Assembly: GCA_030390025.1 (NCBI GenBank)
Contig: CM059438.1
Coordinates: forward strand, 65,722,001 to 65,786,000
Direction of reading: 5' to 3'
Length of the DNA: 64,000 nucleotides
Origin: Squalus acanthias
Taxonomy: Eukaryota
Position numbers and translations under genes: made by a program. Of the stretch, positions 38,690-52,164 are shown in pieces (the stretch's first letter is position 1; every line of letters starts with the position of its first letter). The notes beneath the pieces were generated by a model that saw only the letters and a list, made by a program, of their open reading frames with translations, was not told the origin of the DNA and did not search any database.

Positions 38690-39095
38690 TTTGTGGGATG
38701 TGGGTGATGCTGTAAGGCGGCATCCATTACCCATCCCTAGTTGACCTGAGAATATGGTGGTGGGCCTTCGATGGTGCTCCCACAATGAAGTTAGGCAGGG
38801 AATTCCAATATACTGACCAAGTGATGATGAAGAAATGGTGATCCATGTCCAAATCAGGGTGGTGCGTAACTTGCAGGGAAACTTGGAGGTGATAGCTTCC
38901 ACGCCATTGCTGCTCTTGTAGTTCTTGGTGGTCGAGATTGTTGGAAAGGGAAACGCTGTCAAAGTAACCTTGGTGAGTTGCTGCAGTGCCTCCTGTAGAT
39001 CGTACACACGGCAGGCACTGTGCATTGGTGGTGGAGGGATTTTGATGTTGAGTCCCGTGGCAGCGGTACCAATCAAGCAAACTGCTTTGTCCTGG
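38690..39095 (-). mobile_element. Older degenerate copy of the LINE 3' region at 2915-3365
   Basis: Collinear similarity (GGGAAACTTGGAGGTG, CTGCTTTGTCCTGGAT). Confidence 0.75.
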
Positions 39096-40734
39096 ATCTA
39101 CCCAAGAGTGGATTTCATTCACAAAGAGCAAAATAAAACAAATTGCCTTGTACCTGCAACACGAGTTATTGATCATTCCTCCCTTGATACTACTTCATAT
39201 TTGGACTGACAATGGAAATATATATCTAGCATTTGTAACAAAAGTTGACAACATTAAACCATTGAAGAAGTGCAGATCAAGGATATTTGTGACATAAAAA
39301 TCATTAAATCCACAGTTTGAGTTTGTAAGATGAGGCATGAAACTAAAACTTCTGAGGCTGAAAGGAACAAACAGGAAAATATTGGCAGTATGGGTCTAGA
39401 AAGTGCAGTGAAATGTTAATGTTTATGTACCATTTATGTGATCATATTTTTGCACATTCAGAATGTATTTCTGGAGCAAATTCTGTGAGACTAGAATCAT
39501 AATTGGTTATCCATGAGAGCACTATCTTAGAATGATTTTGCATAGTGGTATTCAGTACTAGCTTCCAAACTATGTGCTCCAAATGCATCCAATTATTCTG
39601 ATTTTTATTCAATTTTCTCTAATTAACGTCTCCCCCCCCATGCACCCATTCCTTGGGAGAGTGACAGTTTGTCATTCATCATGAGGGAACAACCTTCAAA
39701 GACCAATCAATATTCCCTAAGTTCAAATGTCATCGGACCAAAAACTTATGTCTCCTAAATGAGACTTAGTGCTAGACAATTGCACAGACTAAAAGAAGCT
39801 TCCTCTCATTCTGATTTGCCTGTGATGTTTAGAAAGGAAATGTTATGTCTCAGTCCTGCCTAATGCTAGTAGTGTCCTTCCTTTTCTTATTCTTCATGCC
39901 TGCAGTTTAAGTGTTTCTAACTTGTGTACCCTGCCTTTCCTCATTTCTTATTTTCCCTTTCCTGCTCCCCAGGGGCAGTCTTCACTTTGCTGCTGAGCCA
40001 ATTCCCACTTTGATTTGGCTTCCAGTTTTGCTGCTAAAATGCTTTTGGTCGGTGACTGATATTTATCCCATCGATGCCACCAGCTCTTACAGTTTGGGTT
40101 TTGTCTTGGTGTTTGTGGCACACAGCCAGCTTCTGTGAGCAAACCAAGTCTCTTAGGAACTGATATCCACACCCATATCATATGTCAAATAGCATATCCA
40201 TGAGCAACAAATTTGCCCTTAATTGTGGCATTGATCCCTTATAATCAACATATTCTCTTGACTCTATCAGAGAGTGGAAAATGCCATGTTCTTAGTTTTA
40301 TCTGGCATGTACAGGTCCAATAGATATATTTTTAGGTTGAGAAATATGGGAGTACAATACTTAAAAACAGTAACAGTAGAATCAGTCCATATAGGGTAAA
40401 AATACTCGATTTAGAAATGTGTTTCTTACATAACTTGATAAGTGACATGGATGAAACAGTCTTTTGTAGACCTTTACAATGTGATGTGCCACATGGAATG
40501 TTGTGAATTTCTAGTCTAGTCTGTTTCAGATTTCTAGACAGATCTGAAGACGTAAGCAATTTGAGCTATAATTTATGCCATCGGTAATTCTTATAATTAT
40601 TTCTTTTAAGTCAACAAATAAACTGTGAGTACAACAGATCTCGCACTTTGTGGGGTGGGGTATGAAGATTGAGGTATTACCATCGTCCTGTCACCAGCAT
40701 TTGAACTATCCTGGCCTTTCAGAGAATTTACTAT

Positions 40735-41375
40735 ATACCTTTTGGGGAAGAGATTTCCAGATTTCCACTGAACCTTGTGTGAAAAAGCACTTCCTGATTT
40801 CACTCCAAAATGGCCTAACTCTATTTTTAAGATTATGCCCCCTTGTTCTGGATTCCCCACCAGAGGAAATAATTTCTCTGTATATTGGATCCCTTTATCA
40901 TTTTAAAGACAAACCCTCAACCTTCGAAAGGGAATACAAACAAAGTCTATGCAACTTGTCCTCATAATTTAACCCTTTTAGCCTCACTATCATTCTAATG
41001 AATCTGCTCTGTATCCCTCTCCGAGGTCTATCTATCTTTCCTGAAGTTCAGTGCCCATAACCGAACGCAGTACTCCAAGTGGGGCTGACAAAGCTCTGTA
41101 CAACTGAAGCATCACTTCCTCACTTTCGTATTCCAACCCTGCTGATGTAAAGGCCTTTTTGATTAATTTTGTACCTGTGAACTAGCTTTTAGTGATCTGT
41201 GCACATGGACACCCAATTCCCTAGGGTCCCCCACAGTTCTTCAGCTCTTGCCGTTTCGAAAAAAAACTCTAATTTGTCTTTCCTGGATCCAGAGTGAATG
41301 ACCTCACATTTACCTGCATTGAACTCCATTCTGCCATAGTTTTGCCCAATCACTTAGTCTGTCTATGTGCCTCTG
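40735..41375 (-). mobile_element. Degenerate CR1 fragment
   Basis: GAGATTTCCAGATTTCCAC...TGCCCCTTGTTCTGGATTCCCC, CR1 ORF2 C-terminal region. Confidence 0.75.
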
Positions 41376-41535
41376 TTTAACGTCTTATCCTAAAGACGGC
41401 ACCTCTGACACTCCCTCAGTATGGCATTAAAGTGTCAGCCTAGATTATGTGCTCAAGTCTCTGGAGTGGGGCTTGAACCAACGACATTGTGACTCAAAGG
41501 CGAGAGTGCTATCAACTGCATCAAGGCTGACACCT
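41375..41535 (-). mobile_element. Deu-domain SINE head fragment
   Basis: GTGTCAGCCTAGATTATGTGCTCAAGTCTCTGGAGTGGGGCTTGAACC. Confidence 0.8.
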
Positions 41536-41545
41536 TTTAGAAAAA

Positions 41546-41680
41546 TGAGAAGTCGCACAACACCAGGTTATAGTCCAACAGATTTATTTAAAATTACAAG
41601 CTTTCGGAGCTATCGCCCCTTCTTCAGGTACAGTTACAATGAGTGAATCTACAAAAGTTCACAGAATATAAACACAGAAA
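41546..41680 (-). mobile_element. PLE-type terminal repeat, second family (single arm), with hammerhead motif at 41595-41630
   Basis: GAGAAGTCGCACAACACCAGGTTATAGTCCAACAG identical to 54681; minus strand reads TAC-CTGAAGA-A-GGGGC-GATA-GCTCC-GAAA-GCTT-GTA. Confidence 0.75.
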
Positions 41681-43191
41681 ATGCAGAGATACAATCTTTC
41701 CTTACATCAAAGACACACCAAGAGCACAGCCAAGACAATGAGATGTGTCCCAGGGGGTCCAAAGTGTCAAATCCTGCTGTCTGTAGCAGATCTCTCTCCA
41801 TATCCCTTCCTCTCTCTCCGTCTTTTTTGGGGTTTGTTTTTTGTGTTTGTTTTTTTGTGTTTGTTTTTTAAAAACTAAAATCTCCGCATCATGACCTTTT
41901 AGAAAGAATTACTTGCAGTGGTGGTCTGTCTCCCCAGAAGGGGTGTGGGATTGTTTGGGATTCTCATGGAAAATGGGGGCACCAATAATGCAGAATTATG
42001 GAACACTTCACATGGGCACAGGAGGAATCTCCTGATTTTCCATTTAGTCAGTCCACCCTGTTCATATACATCTTACCACACCATTGAAATGCCTCAAAGT
42101 GCTGCACATTAAAGAGGGATGACCTCCCAGCTCATGTATTGCAGCATGGAAACTTTCCCATCCACCAAAATTGGCAGGTGGAGGTTTAATATAATGCCTC
42201 AAACCAAGGGTGGCACCGCCAACAATGCAGCACTCCATCAGCACTGCACTAGCGAGTCAACCTTGCCAATGAGCTCAAGTCCTCCTGTGGAAGAATTCTA
42301 CTGGAAGAGGGGATGGGAGGGGAAGAATCAGGAAAGGTGCAATGGAATTATTTTTTTAAACGTGCTTTTGTGTGGAATTTTTTAGTTAAGATACCAATGA
42401 CCTGATTAATGGAATAATATGGAAACTTTTTGCGGCTTTTCTTTTTGATCTCGACTTCAACAACATTAATTATGTCAAACAAAGAGCATCATCAATTGCA
42501 ACACTTTAAATTACTTTTGTAATTGCCTATCTGTGCTTGCTCTCTCATCCACTTCAACCCACAATGCCATTTCTTTGGAGCAGTTACTCGCAATTAGCAA
42601 TTAGCGTATCAATTAAGTCTCAATTACATTAAATTATTAAAGATCAGTTTGGGCCAAGGTAAGAGGAAGGTTTGCCAGAGAGCTTGTTTTCAGTACCTCT
42701 GGGCGCAGAAGCAAAATTTTCCATGTTCATTCAGTTTTCTTTGTGAGAGTACAAATCAATCTTCTGAGCCATTGGTTCCTGTTTCCTTTGTCTCCCTGTA
42801 TGGCCATGTGCCAACCGCATCCTGGGAGGCGGGCATGTCATTTGGTGCTCGCCGACCACGTCTCCTCTGACTTTGCCCTTCCTTCCAGTACAGAAGTACC
42901 TTCCGTTCTGCAATACTCCACAGCAATGTATCTGAGATGCGAAACTCAATGGTGTAGCACATCACAGGCATGAACCCATGTCCCACCCATCAGTAGCATC
43001 ATGAGTGTTCCAGTGCCCTAACTGTGTATTTTGTCACTAGTTTGGTTTTGGCAAGACTCTAAACCACATGTATCAAAGCTCTTGGTGTGTTGTGCAGTAT
43101 GCCTACTGAAAAAATTCCTTTTTCCTCTCATTAAGATGTTGCAGTCAGTCAGCCACAAGAAGAGAGGATTGAATTTACATAGTGTCTTTAA

Positions 43192-43603
43192 AAAAAGAAA
43201 GCCTGCATTTACATGGCGCCTTTCACATCCTCAAAATGAAACAAAGTGCTTTACAGCTAATTAAGTACTTTTTGACGTGTAGTCATTGTTGTAGGAAACT
43301 TGGCAGCCAATTTATGCACAGCAAGATCCCATAAACAGCAATGCGCTAATGACCAGATAATCCATTTTAGTGATGTTGTGTGAGGGCTCAACAGTGGCCA
43401 GGACACCGGGGATAACTACCCTGCTCTTCTTCGTAATAGTGCCATGGGATCTTTTACGTCCACCTGAGAGGGCAGACGGGGCCTCGGTTTAACGTCTCAT
43501 CCAAAAGACAGCAACTCCGAAAATGCAGCGGTCCCTCAGAATTGCACTGCAGTGTCAGCCTAGATTATGAGCTCAATTGTCCGGAGTGGGACTCTAAACC
43601 CCA
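43192..43603 (-). mobile_element. Deu-domain SINE
   Basis: Reverse complement of the family (GTGCCATGGGATCTTTTACGTCCACCTGAGAG). Confidence 0.9.
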
Positions 43604-43744
43604 TGTATAAAATTTCTTGGTGTGTTGTACAGTTAACCTATTCAAAAAAGATATTTCAGTCAGCCACAATGAGAGAACCTTGAATTGATATTTATTTAAC
43701 ATAGAAAATACTTCAGAATGCTTCACAATGGTGGGAGGGGGAGG

Positions 43745-46550
43745 GAGGACTATCCAATTAGTCCCACTTCCCTGCTCTCTCCCCATAGCCCAGCAAATTC
43801 TTCCTTTTCAAGTAATATCCAGTTCCCTTTTGAAAGTTATTGGGCCGGATTTTCCAACCCCCACGGGTGCGTACGAGGTGTGTACACATCCATAGGGACT
43901 GCGCAAGTGCCGGGTTTAGGTATGTGAAGCGCATGCGCTGAAAACCAGCACTTGCAATCTGTCAAGAATCCTCTTGACAGATCGCTCGCCTGCCCTGCAG
44001 AAGGGCCTCCGCGGGCAAGGAGTTCCGCTTTCTGCACAACCTCCACCCGCTATAAAACCTTTAAATATCTTACGCCTAGTAAAAGACGCAAGGCCTGCTT
44101 TTACCAGCATAAGAGTTTAAAAAATTAAAAAAATAAAATGTTTTCACTGATTTATAATTTTAAAATACTTTTGAAAAAGGTAAGTTTATTTTTAGCCCTG
44201 TAAAAAACTTTAATTCATTTTTACAAAAAATTTAATTTTTGTTTAAAATATTTAATTTAATGTCATTTTAATTAATTTTAAATATGTGATGTTTAAAAAA
44301 AAATGTATTTAATGTTTAACTGTTTTTTAAGTGATCCCCATTCATACTTTTGACAGATCCGTGCGTAGAGACCTGTCAAAAGTGTGCAGGGGGATTCCCT
44401 TCTTTGATTGGTTCCCCATGGCCTACGTGATCCCAGGGACGCTTGCGAACCGCCTGCGCCCCTGGGATACCTGGGCCTCTGCGCATTTCATAGTGGAGAG
44501 GCCCAGGATCGCAAGCATCGCGACCTATGGAGCCAGTAGGTAAGTTCGTAGATTTTCTCCGATCAGAGACATCTGCCCGCATGAAGCCTCCGATTGGAAA
44601 TTCAGGCCCATTATTGACTCTGCTTCCACTACCCTTTCAGGCAGTGCATTCCAGATCATAACAACTCGCTGCATACATTTCTTTTCCTCATGTCACTTCT
44701 AGTTCTTTTGCCAATTACCTTAAATCTAGTCCTCTGCTTACTGACTCTTCTGCCACTAGAAAGAGTTTCTCCTTATTTACTCTATCAAAACACGTCAAGA
44801 TTTTGAACACCTCCATCAAATCTCCCCTTAACCTTCTCTGCTCCATGGAGAACAACCCCAGTTTCTTTAGTCTCTCCGCATAACTGAAGTCCCTCATCCC
44901 TGGTACCATTCTAGTAAATCCCCTCTGCCTTGACATCCTTCCTAAAGTGTGGTGCCCAGAATTGGGCACAATACTCCAGCTGGGACCTAACCAGTGTTTT
45001 ATAAAGGTTTAGCATAACTTCCTTGCTTTTGTACTCTGTGCCTCAATTTATAAAGCCAAGAAACCTTTTTAACAACTTTCTCAACTTGTCCTGCCACCTT
45101 CAAAGACTTGTGTACGTACACCACCCGGTCTCTGTTCCTGAACCCCCTTTAAAATTGTACCCTTTAGTTTATATTCTTCCTACCAAAATGTATCACTTTA
45201 CACTTCACTGCGTTAAATTTAATCTGCCATGTGTCTGCCAATTTCAGCAGTCTGCCTATGTCCTCCTGAAGTCTGTTACTATCCTCTCATTGTTTACTAC
45301 ATTTCCAAATTCCGTGTCATCTGAAAACTTTAAAATTATGCCCTTTATACCCAAGTCCAGGTCATTAATATATATCAAAAACAGCAGTGGTCCCAACACT
45401 GACCCCTGGGGGATACCACTGCACACATCCCTCCAGTCTGAAAAACAATTGTTCACAACTACTCTGCTTTCTGTTCCTTAGCCAATTTCGTATTTATGCA
45501 GCCAATGCCCCTTTAATCCCATGATCTTTTATTCTGCTAACACATCTAATATGAGGCACTTTATCAAACACCTTTTGAAAGTCCACATACACAACATCAA
45601 CTACACAACCCTCATCAACCCTCTCCATTACTTCATCAAAGAACTCGATCAAGTTAGTCAAACATGATTTGCCTTTAACAAATCCATGCTGACTTTTATT
45701 TATGAACCCATATTTTTCCAAGTGCCAATTAATTTGGTCCGAGATTAATGTCTCTAAAAGTTTCCACACCACCGCCGTTGGGCTGATTGGCCTGTAATTG
45801 CTGGGTTTATCCCTCTCCCCTTTTTTGAACAAGGGTGTAACAGTTGCAATCCCCCAGTCCTCTAGCACCACTCCCATATCTAAGGATGATTGGAAGATTG
45901 TGGCTAGAGTCTCCGCTATTTCCACCCTTACTTCCCTCAGCAACCAAGGATGCATCCCATCCGGACCGGGTAACTTTTCTACTTTCAGCGCTGCCAACCT
46001 TTTAAGTACCTCCTCTTTATCTATTTTTATCCTATCCAATTTCTCTACTACCGCCTCCTTTACTGTGTCCTTGGCAGCATCCTCTTCTTTAGTGAAGACA
46101 GGTGCAAAGTACTCATTTAGTACCTCAGTTGTGCCCTCTGTCTCCTTAAGAAGATCTTTTTGGTTCCTAATTGGCTCCACCCTTCCTTTGACTACTGTTT
46201 CACTATTATATAAAAGACTTTTGGGTTCCCTTTTATGTTAGCTGCAAATCTATTCTCATATACTCTCTTTGCCCCTCTTATTTCCTTTTTCAGTTCTCCC
46301 CTGTACTTTTTGCATTCAGCTTGGTTCTCCACTGAATTATGAACCCGACATTTATCATAAGCCTCCATTTCTGTTTTATTTTAATCTCTATATCTTTAGT
46401 CATCCAGGGAGCTCTAACTTTGGATGACCTTCCTTTCCTCCTCATGGGAATGTGTCTAGTCTGTGCCCGAACTATCTCCTCTTTGAAGGCCTCCCATTGC
46501 TCATTTAATGTTTTACCTGCCAATCTTTGATTCCAATCCACCTGGGTCAG
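43745..46550 (-). mobile_element. CR1 LINE (ORF2 RT to 3' end), frameshifted, interrupted by a MITE
   Basis: PGPDGMHP, NYRPIS, QHGFVKGKSCLTNLIEFF, DFQKVFDKVPH, GIPQGSVLGPLLFLIYINDL and KFSDD. Confidence 0.95.
43842..44609. mobile_element. Harbinger-type MITE with AT-rich centre
   Basis: TIR GGGCCGGATTTTCCAA / TTGGAAATTCAGGCCC; TSD ATT at 43839-43841 and 44610-44612. Confidence 0.9.
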
Positions 46551-48404
46551 ATTGAAAGGATAAGAGAAATGGATGCAGTTAGCATAGGTGACTGAAAGCT
46601 TGTTTAAAAATATAATGTTTTGATAAGATTTTAAAAGCTGGAAAGCGAAGTGGAGAAGCACAGAGACTTTGGGAGGATTTTATGAGTCACTGTTCAGAAA
46701 TTAATGACCACAAACTTGATGAATTGTGCTTGAAACAAGTGTTGCCAATAATGAGTACAAATTCTCTTTCTCTTGTCAAATCATAATTCACTATATTTTT
46801 TTTTAAATAAGTTCATTTTAAAATCTGATTCCCAGAAGCAATACCTTTGCAAGCAAAACAAATTTAATCACATCAAAAAAAACTCTGACAATATGCTGTG
46901 CTTCAATGCATAATTTGTTGCATTTATCACATTAAAAAGCAAAGCACTGTACAAATCGGCGCAGGCAAATATACAAATAATAGATTGGGTTGTTTAAAAC
47001 ATAAATTAGGAGCTTCACAAGGTTATAAAGTGTAAGTGCAATTATTTCTGAACCAACTCTATATTATAGTGACAAGAACATTGTGTTCTGGGTTCCTGGA
47101 ATCTTTCTTATAGATTTTGGATTGAAATATTTTTCTTTTAGCTGAAGTGGGGAAAGAATTGTTCTGTGTGTCTGTGGAACGTGAATCTGATGGAAAGATT
47201 AACACACGTTTGCTATTTCCAAAGGGTTCCAAGGGAATCCGTTTATTATTTCACTGGAAATAGCGATGAGAGGAAATATTCCCCCAATATTTATTACTTA
47301 GCCTTCGCTCGCTTGTGTTGCGCAGTCGGCACCCCTCTGGACACTCTGTATTCACTGAACCACCTATCACAATTTCAAAGGGCTGAGAATAGGTCACAGA
47401 AATATCTTGGTTATTCAAAACTGTTGCTTAAATGGTGGAAAGGTGATGTTGTATTTGAAGACCGTACGAAAAAGTGACTGGATCAGAAATCATTTTTGTT
47501 TTTTGACGGGCACCTTTTGTACTGCGGAATGGGGGCGCTCTGCTCCGTGCCTATCATTCCGCACATTGTCAGTTTTCTGATCTCATCTGGATTGTCATAA
47601 AGAGGACTGAATCAAGAGAAGTACAATCAGAGCAGGCGTTAAGCTGGGCTGCTCCTTTATGTACCACCGAGAAGCTGATTGCGGAGCTGCATTGCCAAAG
47701 GTTTAAGTGCAAGTCTCCTGGACTCCCAGTCGGTCAGCAAAGGCATCTGCCGGTTGCTTCTCTCAGGCACCTGCTTCCGGTTCTGTCGGCTTTCCAGATA
47801 CTCCCGGCAGCCGCCGTAGCACATCTCCCTCAAACTGGCTCCTCATGCCCCCCTCCTGCTCTGGGCCGAACCGGCTCTGCCCTATTCCCTACCCATACTG
47901 GCAGCACCAGAGCAGCAGATGATTTTCAGCATCAGTTAAAACCGAAAGGACGGTTTCTTGCGAAGACGGATCTTTATATTTGAAGCTCAGCACAGAACAA
48001 CCACGGCTTTTCACACAAACCTAACTTTCCTCGCATGTGGCATCTCCACATGGTGTGTGGGAGGCTAATAATTATAGTGCAGCACCATATCACATCAGCT
48101 TGCATTTGCTGTTGTGAGCCCTGGTGCAATGTACCCTTTTCCTGCTTTGGTAAATGTTTCTAGTTCGTTGAAGGAGGCGCTCAGGGCCAACAACAAACAT
48201 TGTTTTCATCCAGTTTAATGCCTTCTTAGCTTTCTATGTATTATGGGGTGTGTTTTGAGTGGTGAGGGGGGTGATGGATGACTGATAACAGACTTGACAG
48301 TTGACTGTCTGAATGCAAGCAATGTGATTTGATATTTAACTTTTAAAAAAAGTCTGCCCTTCATCTTTTCGTACTTTAGCAGAATTACCGTGTAGAGAAA
48401 TGAT

Positions 48405-50246
48405 GAAATAACAACAGAAAATGCTGGAAACACTCAGCAGGCCAGGCAGCATCCGTGGAGAGAGAAACAGAGTTAAAGATTCAGGTCGGAGACCCTTCCT
48501 CAGAACTGGAAAAAGTTGGAGATGTAACAGATTTTAAGCAGGTGTAGAGGCAGGGAAAGGGGTGGGGGGGGGGGGTGCTGGTAGGGGAGGAAGGAACTGA
48601 AGGAATAGTCTGTGCTAGATGGCAAGGCAGGAGAGATTAAATGTTGCAAATGGAGATGGCAGAATCATCAACAGCTGCCGCCTGAAAAAATGGGGGGTTT
48701 TATATTCTGAAATTGTTGAACTCTATGTTGAGTCCAGACGGCTGTAAAGTGCCTAATCGAAAGATGAGGTGCTGTTCCTCGAGCTTACGTTGAGCTTCAT
48801 TGGAACAGTGTAAGAGGCCGAGGACAGAGAGGTCAGAGTGGGAGTGGAGCGGAGAATTAAAGTGACAGGTGACCAGAAGCTCGGGGTCACCCTTACGGAC
48901 TGAACGGAGCTGTTCCACAAAGCGGTCACCCAATCTGCGTTTGGACTCCCCAATGTAGAGGAGACCACATCGTGAGCAGCGAATACAGTATACTAAATTG
49001 CAACAAGTACAAGTAAATCGCTGTTTCACCTGGAAGGAGTGTTTGGGGCCCTGGACAGTGGGAAGGGAGGAGGTAAAAGGGTAGGTGTTGCATCTCCTGC
49101 GCTTGCATGGTAAGGTGCCGTGGGGAGGGGAGGGGCTGTTGGGGGTGATTGAGGAGTGGACCAGGGTGTTGCGGAGGGAGCGGTCCCTTTGGAATGCTGA
49201 AAGGGGAGGTGAGGGGAAGATGTGTTTGGTGGTGGGATCACGTTGGAGGTGGCGGAAATGGCGGAGGATGATCCGTTGAATGTGGAGGCTGGTGGGGTGA
49301 AAGGTGAGGACAAGGGAACCCTATCGTGGTTCTGGGGGGGAGAAGGGGTGAGGGCAGAAATGCGGGCAATGGAACGGACACGGTCGAGGGCCATATAACC
49401 ATGGTAGAGGGGAATCCTCGGTTGAGGAAAAAGGAAGATATATCTGAAGCACTAGTATGGAAGGTGGCATCGTCAGAACAGATGCGGCGGAGATGGAGAA
49501 ACTGGGAGAATGGAATAGAGTCCTTACAGGAAGCAGGGTGGGAGGAAGTGTAGTCCAGGTAGCTGTGGGAGTCAGTGGGCTTGTAGTGGATGTTTGTCGA
49601 TAGCCTATCGCCAGAAATGGAGACAGAGAAGTCAAGGAAGGGAAGAGAAGAGTCGGAGATGGATCTTGTGAAGGTGAGGGAAGGGTGGAAATTGGAAGCA
49701 AAGTGATTGAAATTTTCCAGTTCAGGGCGAGAGCAGGAAACTGCACCAATACAATCATCAATGTACTGGAAAAAGAAGTGATGGAGGGGACCTGAGTAGG
49801 ACTGGAACAAAGAATGTTCCACATATCCCACGAAAAGGCAGGCATAGCTAGGGCCCATGCGGGTTCCCATAGCAACACCTTTAATTTGGAGGAAGTGAGT
49901 GGAGTCAAAGGAGAAGTTGTTCAATGTGAGAACAAGTTCAGCCAGGCGGAGGAGGGTGGTGGTGGATGGGGACTGATTGGGCCTCTGTTCAAGGAAGAAG
50001 CGGAGTGCCCTCAGGTCGTCCTGGTGGGGGATGGAGGTGTAGAGGGATTGGACGTCCATAGTGAAAAGGAGACGGTTGGGGCCAGGAAACTGGAAACTGT
50101 TAAAGTGGCGGAGGGCGTCGGAAGAGTCGCGAATGTAGGTGGGACTGGACAAGGGGAGAAAAAATAGAGTCGAGATAGGAAGAAATCAGTTCCGTGGGGC
50201 AAGAACAGGCTGAAACGATGGGTCTACCGGGGCAGTCCTGTTTGTG
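48405..50246 (-). mobile_element. Penelope-like retroelement, 5'-truncated (RT, GIY-YIG, pLTR)
   Basis: TMDVQSLYTSIP, GVAMGTRMGPSYA, YIDD; VYCIRCSRCGLLYIGESKRRLGDRF; mutated hammerhead at ~48471-48507; possible degenerate TSD TGTRGAGAAAT. Confidence 0.95.
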
Positions 50247-50417
50247 GAGAAATTATAAAACTGCTTCCAGGAAATCAGATGCTATATTTAGCCTTAACTG
50301 CTGTCTTACTTTCTGTGCAGTCAATAAAGTAGCATCCTTCACATGAAGAACATGCAAAGATATTAAAGAAGCAGGAAGTTGATGTGTTTCTCCCTTATTT
50401 CTCCTTTTTGTCCCTTA

Positions 50418-50855
50418 TGTCTCCATTTGTTTCAATGGTAGAACTCCCGCCTCTGAGTCAGAAGGTCGTGGGTTCAAGCGGTACCCCATGACTTGAGCAC
50501 ATAAGCTCAGCTGACACTTCAGCGCAGTCTTTTGGTTTGAGTTGTTAAACGAAGGCCAAGTCTGCCTTCTCAGGTGGATATAAGATGTCTCCCCATCGCT
50601 ATTCAAAGAAGAGCAGGTCAGTTCTCTCGGTGGCCCAGCCAACATTTATCCCTCAACCAACACCACAAAAAAAACAGATTAGCTGGTCAGTGATCGTATT
50701 GCTGTTTGTGGGACCTTGCTGCGTGCAAATTGATTTCCGCCTTTGCTGACAAAACAACAATGACTGCACTTCATAAAGTGAATCGCTTTGGGACATCCTG
50801 AGGACGTGAACGATGCCATATAAATGCGTGTTAATTCTTCCTTTGTTCTTTCTTG
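50418..50855 (+). mobile_element. Deu-domain SINE
   Basis: GCCTCTGAGTCAGAAGGTCGTGGGTTCAAG head and TTTGTGGGACCTTGCTG core. Confidence 0.85.
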
Positions 50856-51319
50856 CGTTCATTTTCTCCTTATGGTATTGATTTCTGTGGGAGGGGGAGG
50901 TGCTGTTACTGGGTGTTGGCAGCCCTTTGGTGCATTCCTCAAGTTGTCATTCTTCTGGAAAGTGAGTCATTATCATGGAAGTTAGCGTCAAAATTGATAG
51001 TTCGGGGTTCATGTTATGTAAAATTGTGCTACTGAGACAGCAAATGGTTTTGCAGACACGTTTCATTTCCTTCAAGTAAGTTTTTCATTTGTTTTTGACT
51101 TTTAAAGAGTAATATTCTCAATAAATTGTGTACATTGTGAGGGGACGGGGGAGGGAGGGTAATGTAAATAGACAGCCATGATTACACTGCCAACACCTGC
51201 AACAGTGGAATGGGATGTTGGCAAAACCCACTCAAGCATATATTTGAAGATCTGCTTACTAGCCTCCAACTGTTAATGACATTTATTATATTGCTTCAGA
51301 AGAATTGATGAGACAGTTA

Positions 51320-52028
51320 GAGTCACAGAGTCATAGAGTTATACAGCACAGAAAGAGGCCCTTCGGCCCATCGTGTCCGCGTCGGCCATCAAGCCCTGTC
51401 TATTCTATTCCCATTTTCCAGCACTTGGTCCGTAGCCTTGTATGCTATGGCGTTTCAAGTGCTCATCTAAATGCCTCTTGAATGTTGTGAGGGTTCCTGC
51501 CTCTACCACCCTTTTAGGCAGTGAGTTCCAGATTCCAACCACCCTCTGGGTGAAAAAGTTTTTCCTCAAATCCCCTCTAAACCTCCTGCCCCTTACCTTG
51601 AAACTATGCCCCCTGGTTATTGACCCCTCTATTAAGGGGAAAAGTTTCTTTCTATCTGCCCTATCTATGCCCCTCATAATTTTGTACACCTCAATCAGGT
51701 CCCCCCTCAGCCTTCTCTGCTCTAAGGAAAACAACCCCAGCCTGTCCAGTCTCTCTTCATAGCTGAAGCGCTCCAGCTCAGGTAACATCCTGGTGAATCT
51801 CCTCTGCACCCTCTCCAATGCAAGCACATCCCTCCTATAGTGTGGTGACCAGAACTGCACACAGTATTCCAGCTGTGGCCTAACTAGCGTTTTGTACAGC
51901 TCCATCATAACCTCCCTGCTCTTATATTCTATGCCTCGGCTAATGAAGGCAAGTATCCCATATGCCTTTTTAACCACCTTATCTACCTGTCCTGCTGCCT
52001 TCAGGGATCTATGTACATGCACACCAAG
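51320..52028 (-). mobile_element. CR1 3' fragment with uninterrupted frame (relatively young)
   Basis: ORF 51405-52061: LYKTLVRPQLEYCVQFWSPHYRRD...FFTQRVVGIWNSLP; 8-bp tail repeats at 51320-51340. Confidence 0.95.
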
Positions 52029-52164
52029 TTCATTGTTTTCAGTTGGTAAAGTTAATATCACAGCGAGTTACCCTTGTTTCTGAATGAAGTTGGTGATGGA
52101 ATTTGCAAGGATGGCATTTATAGCGACTAATTTTAGCACCCGAACCAACACTCTACCTAAGGAT

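Noticed and set aside
48471..48507. Active hammerhead in the second PLE
   Set aside because: The core GAAA reads GAAT and the stem III palindrome is lost.
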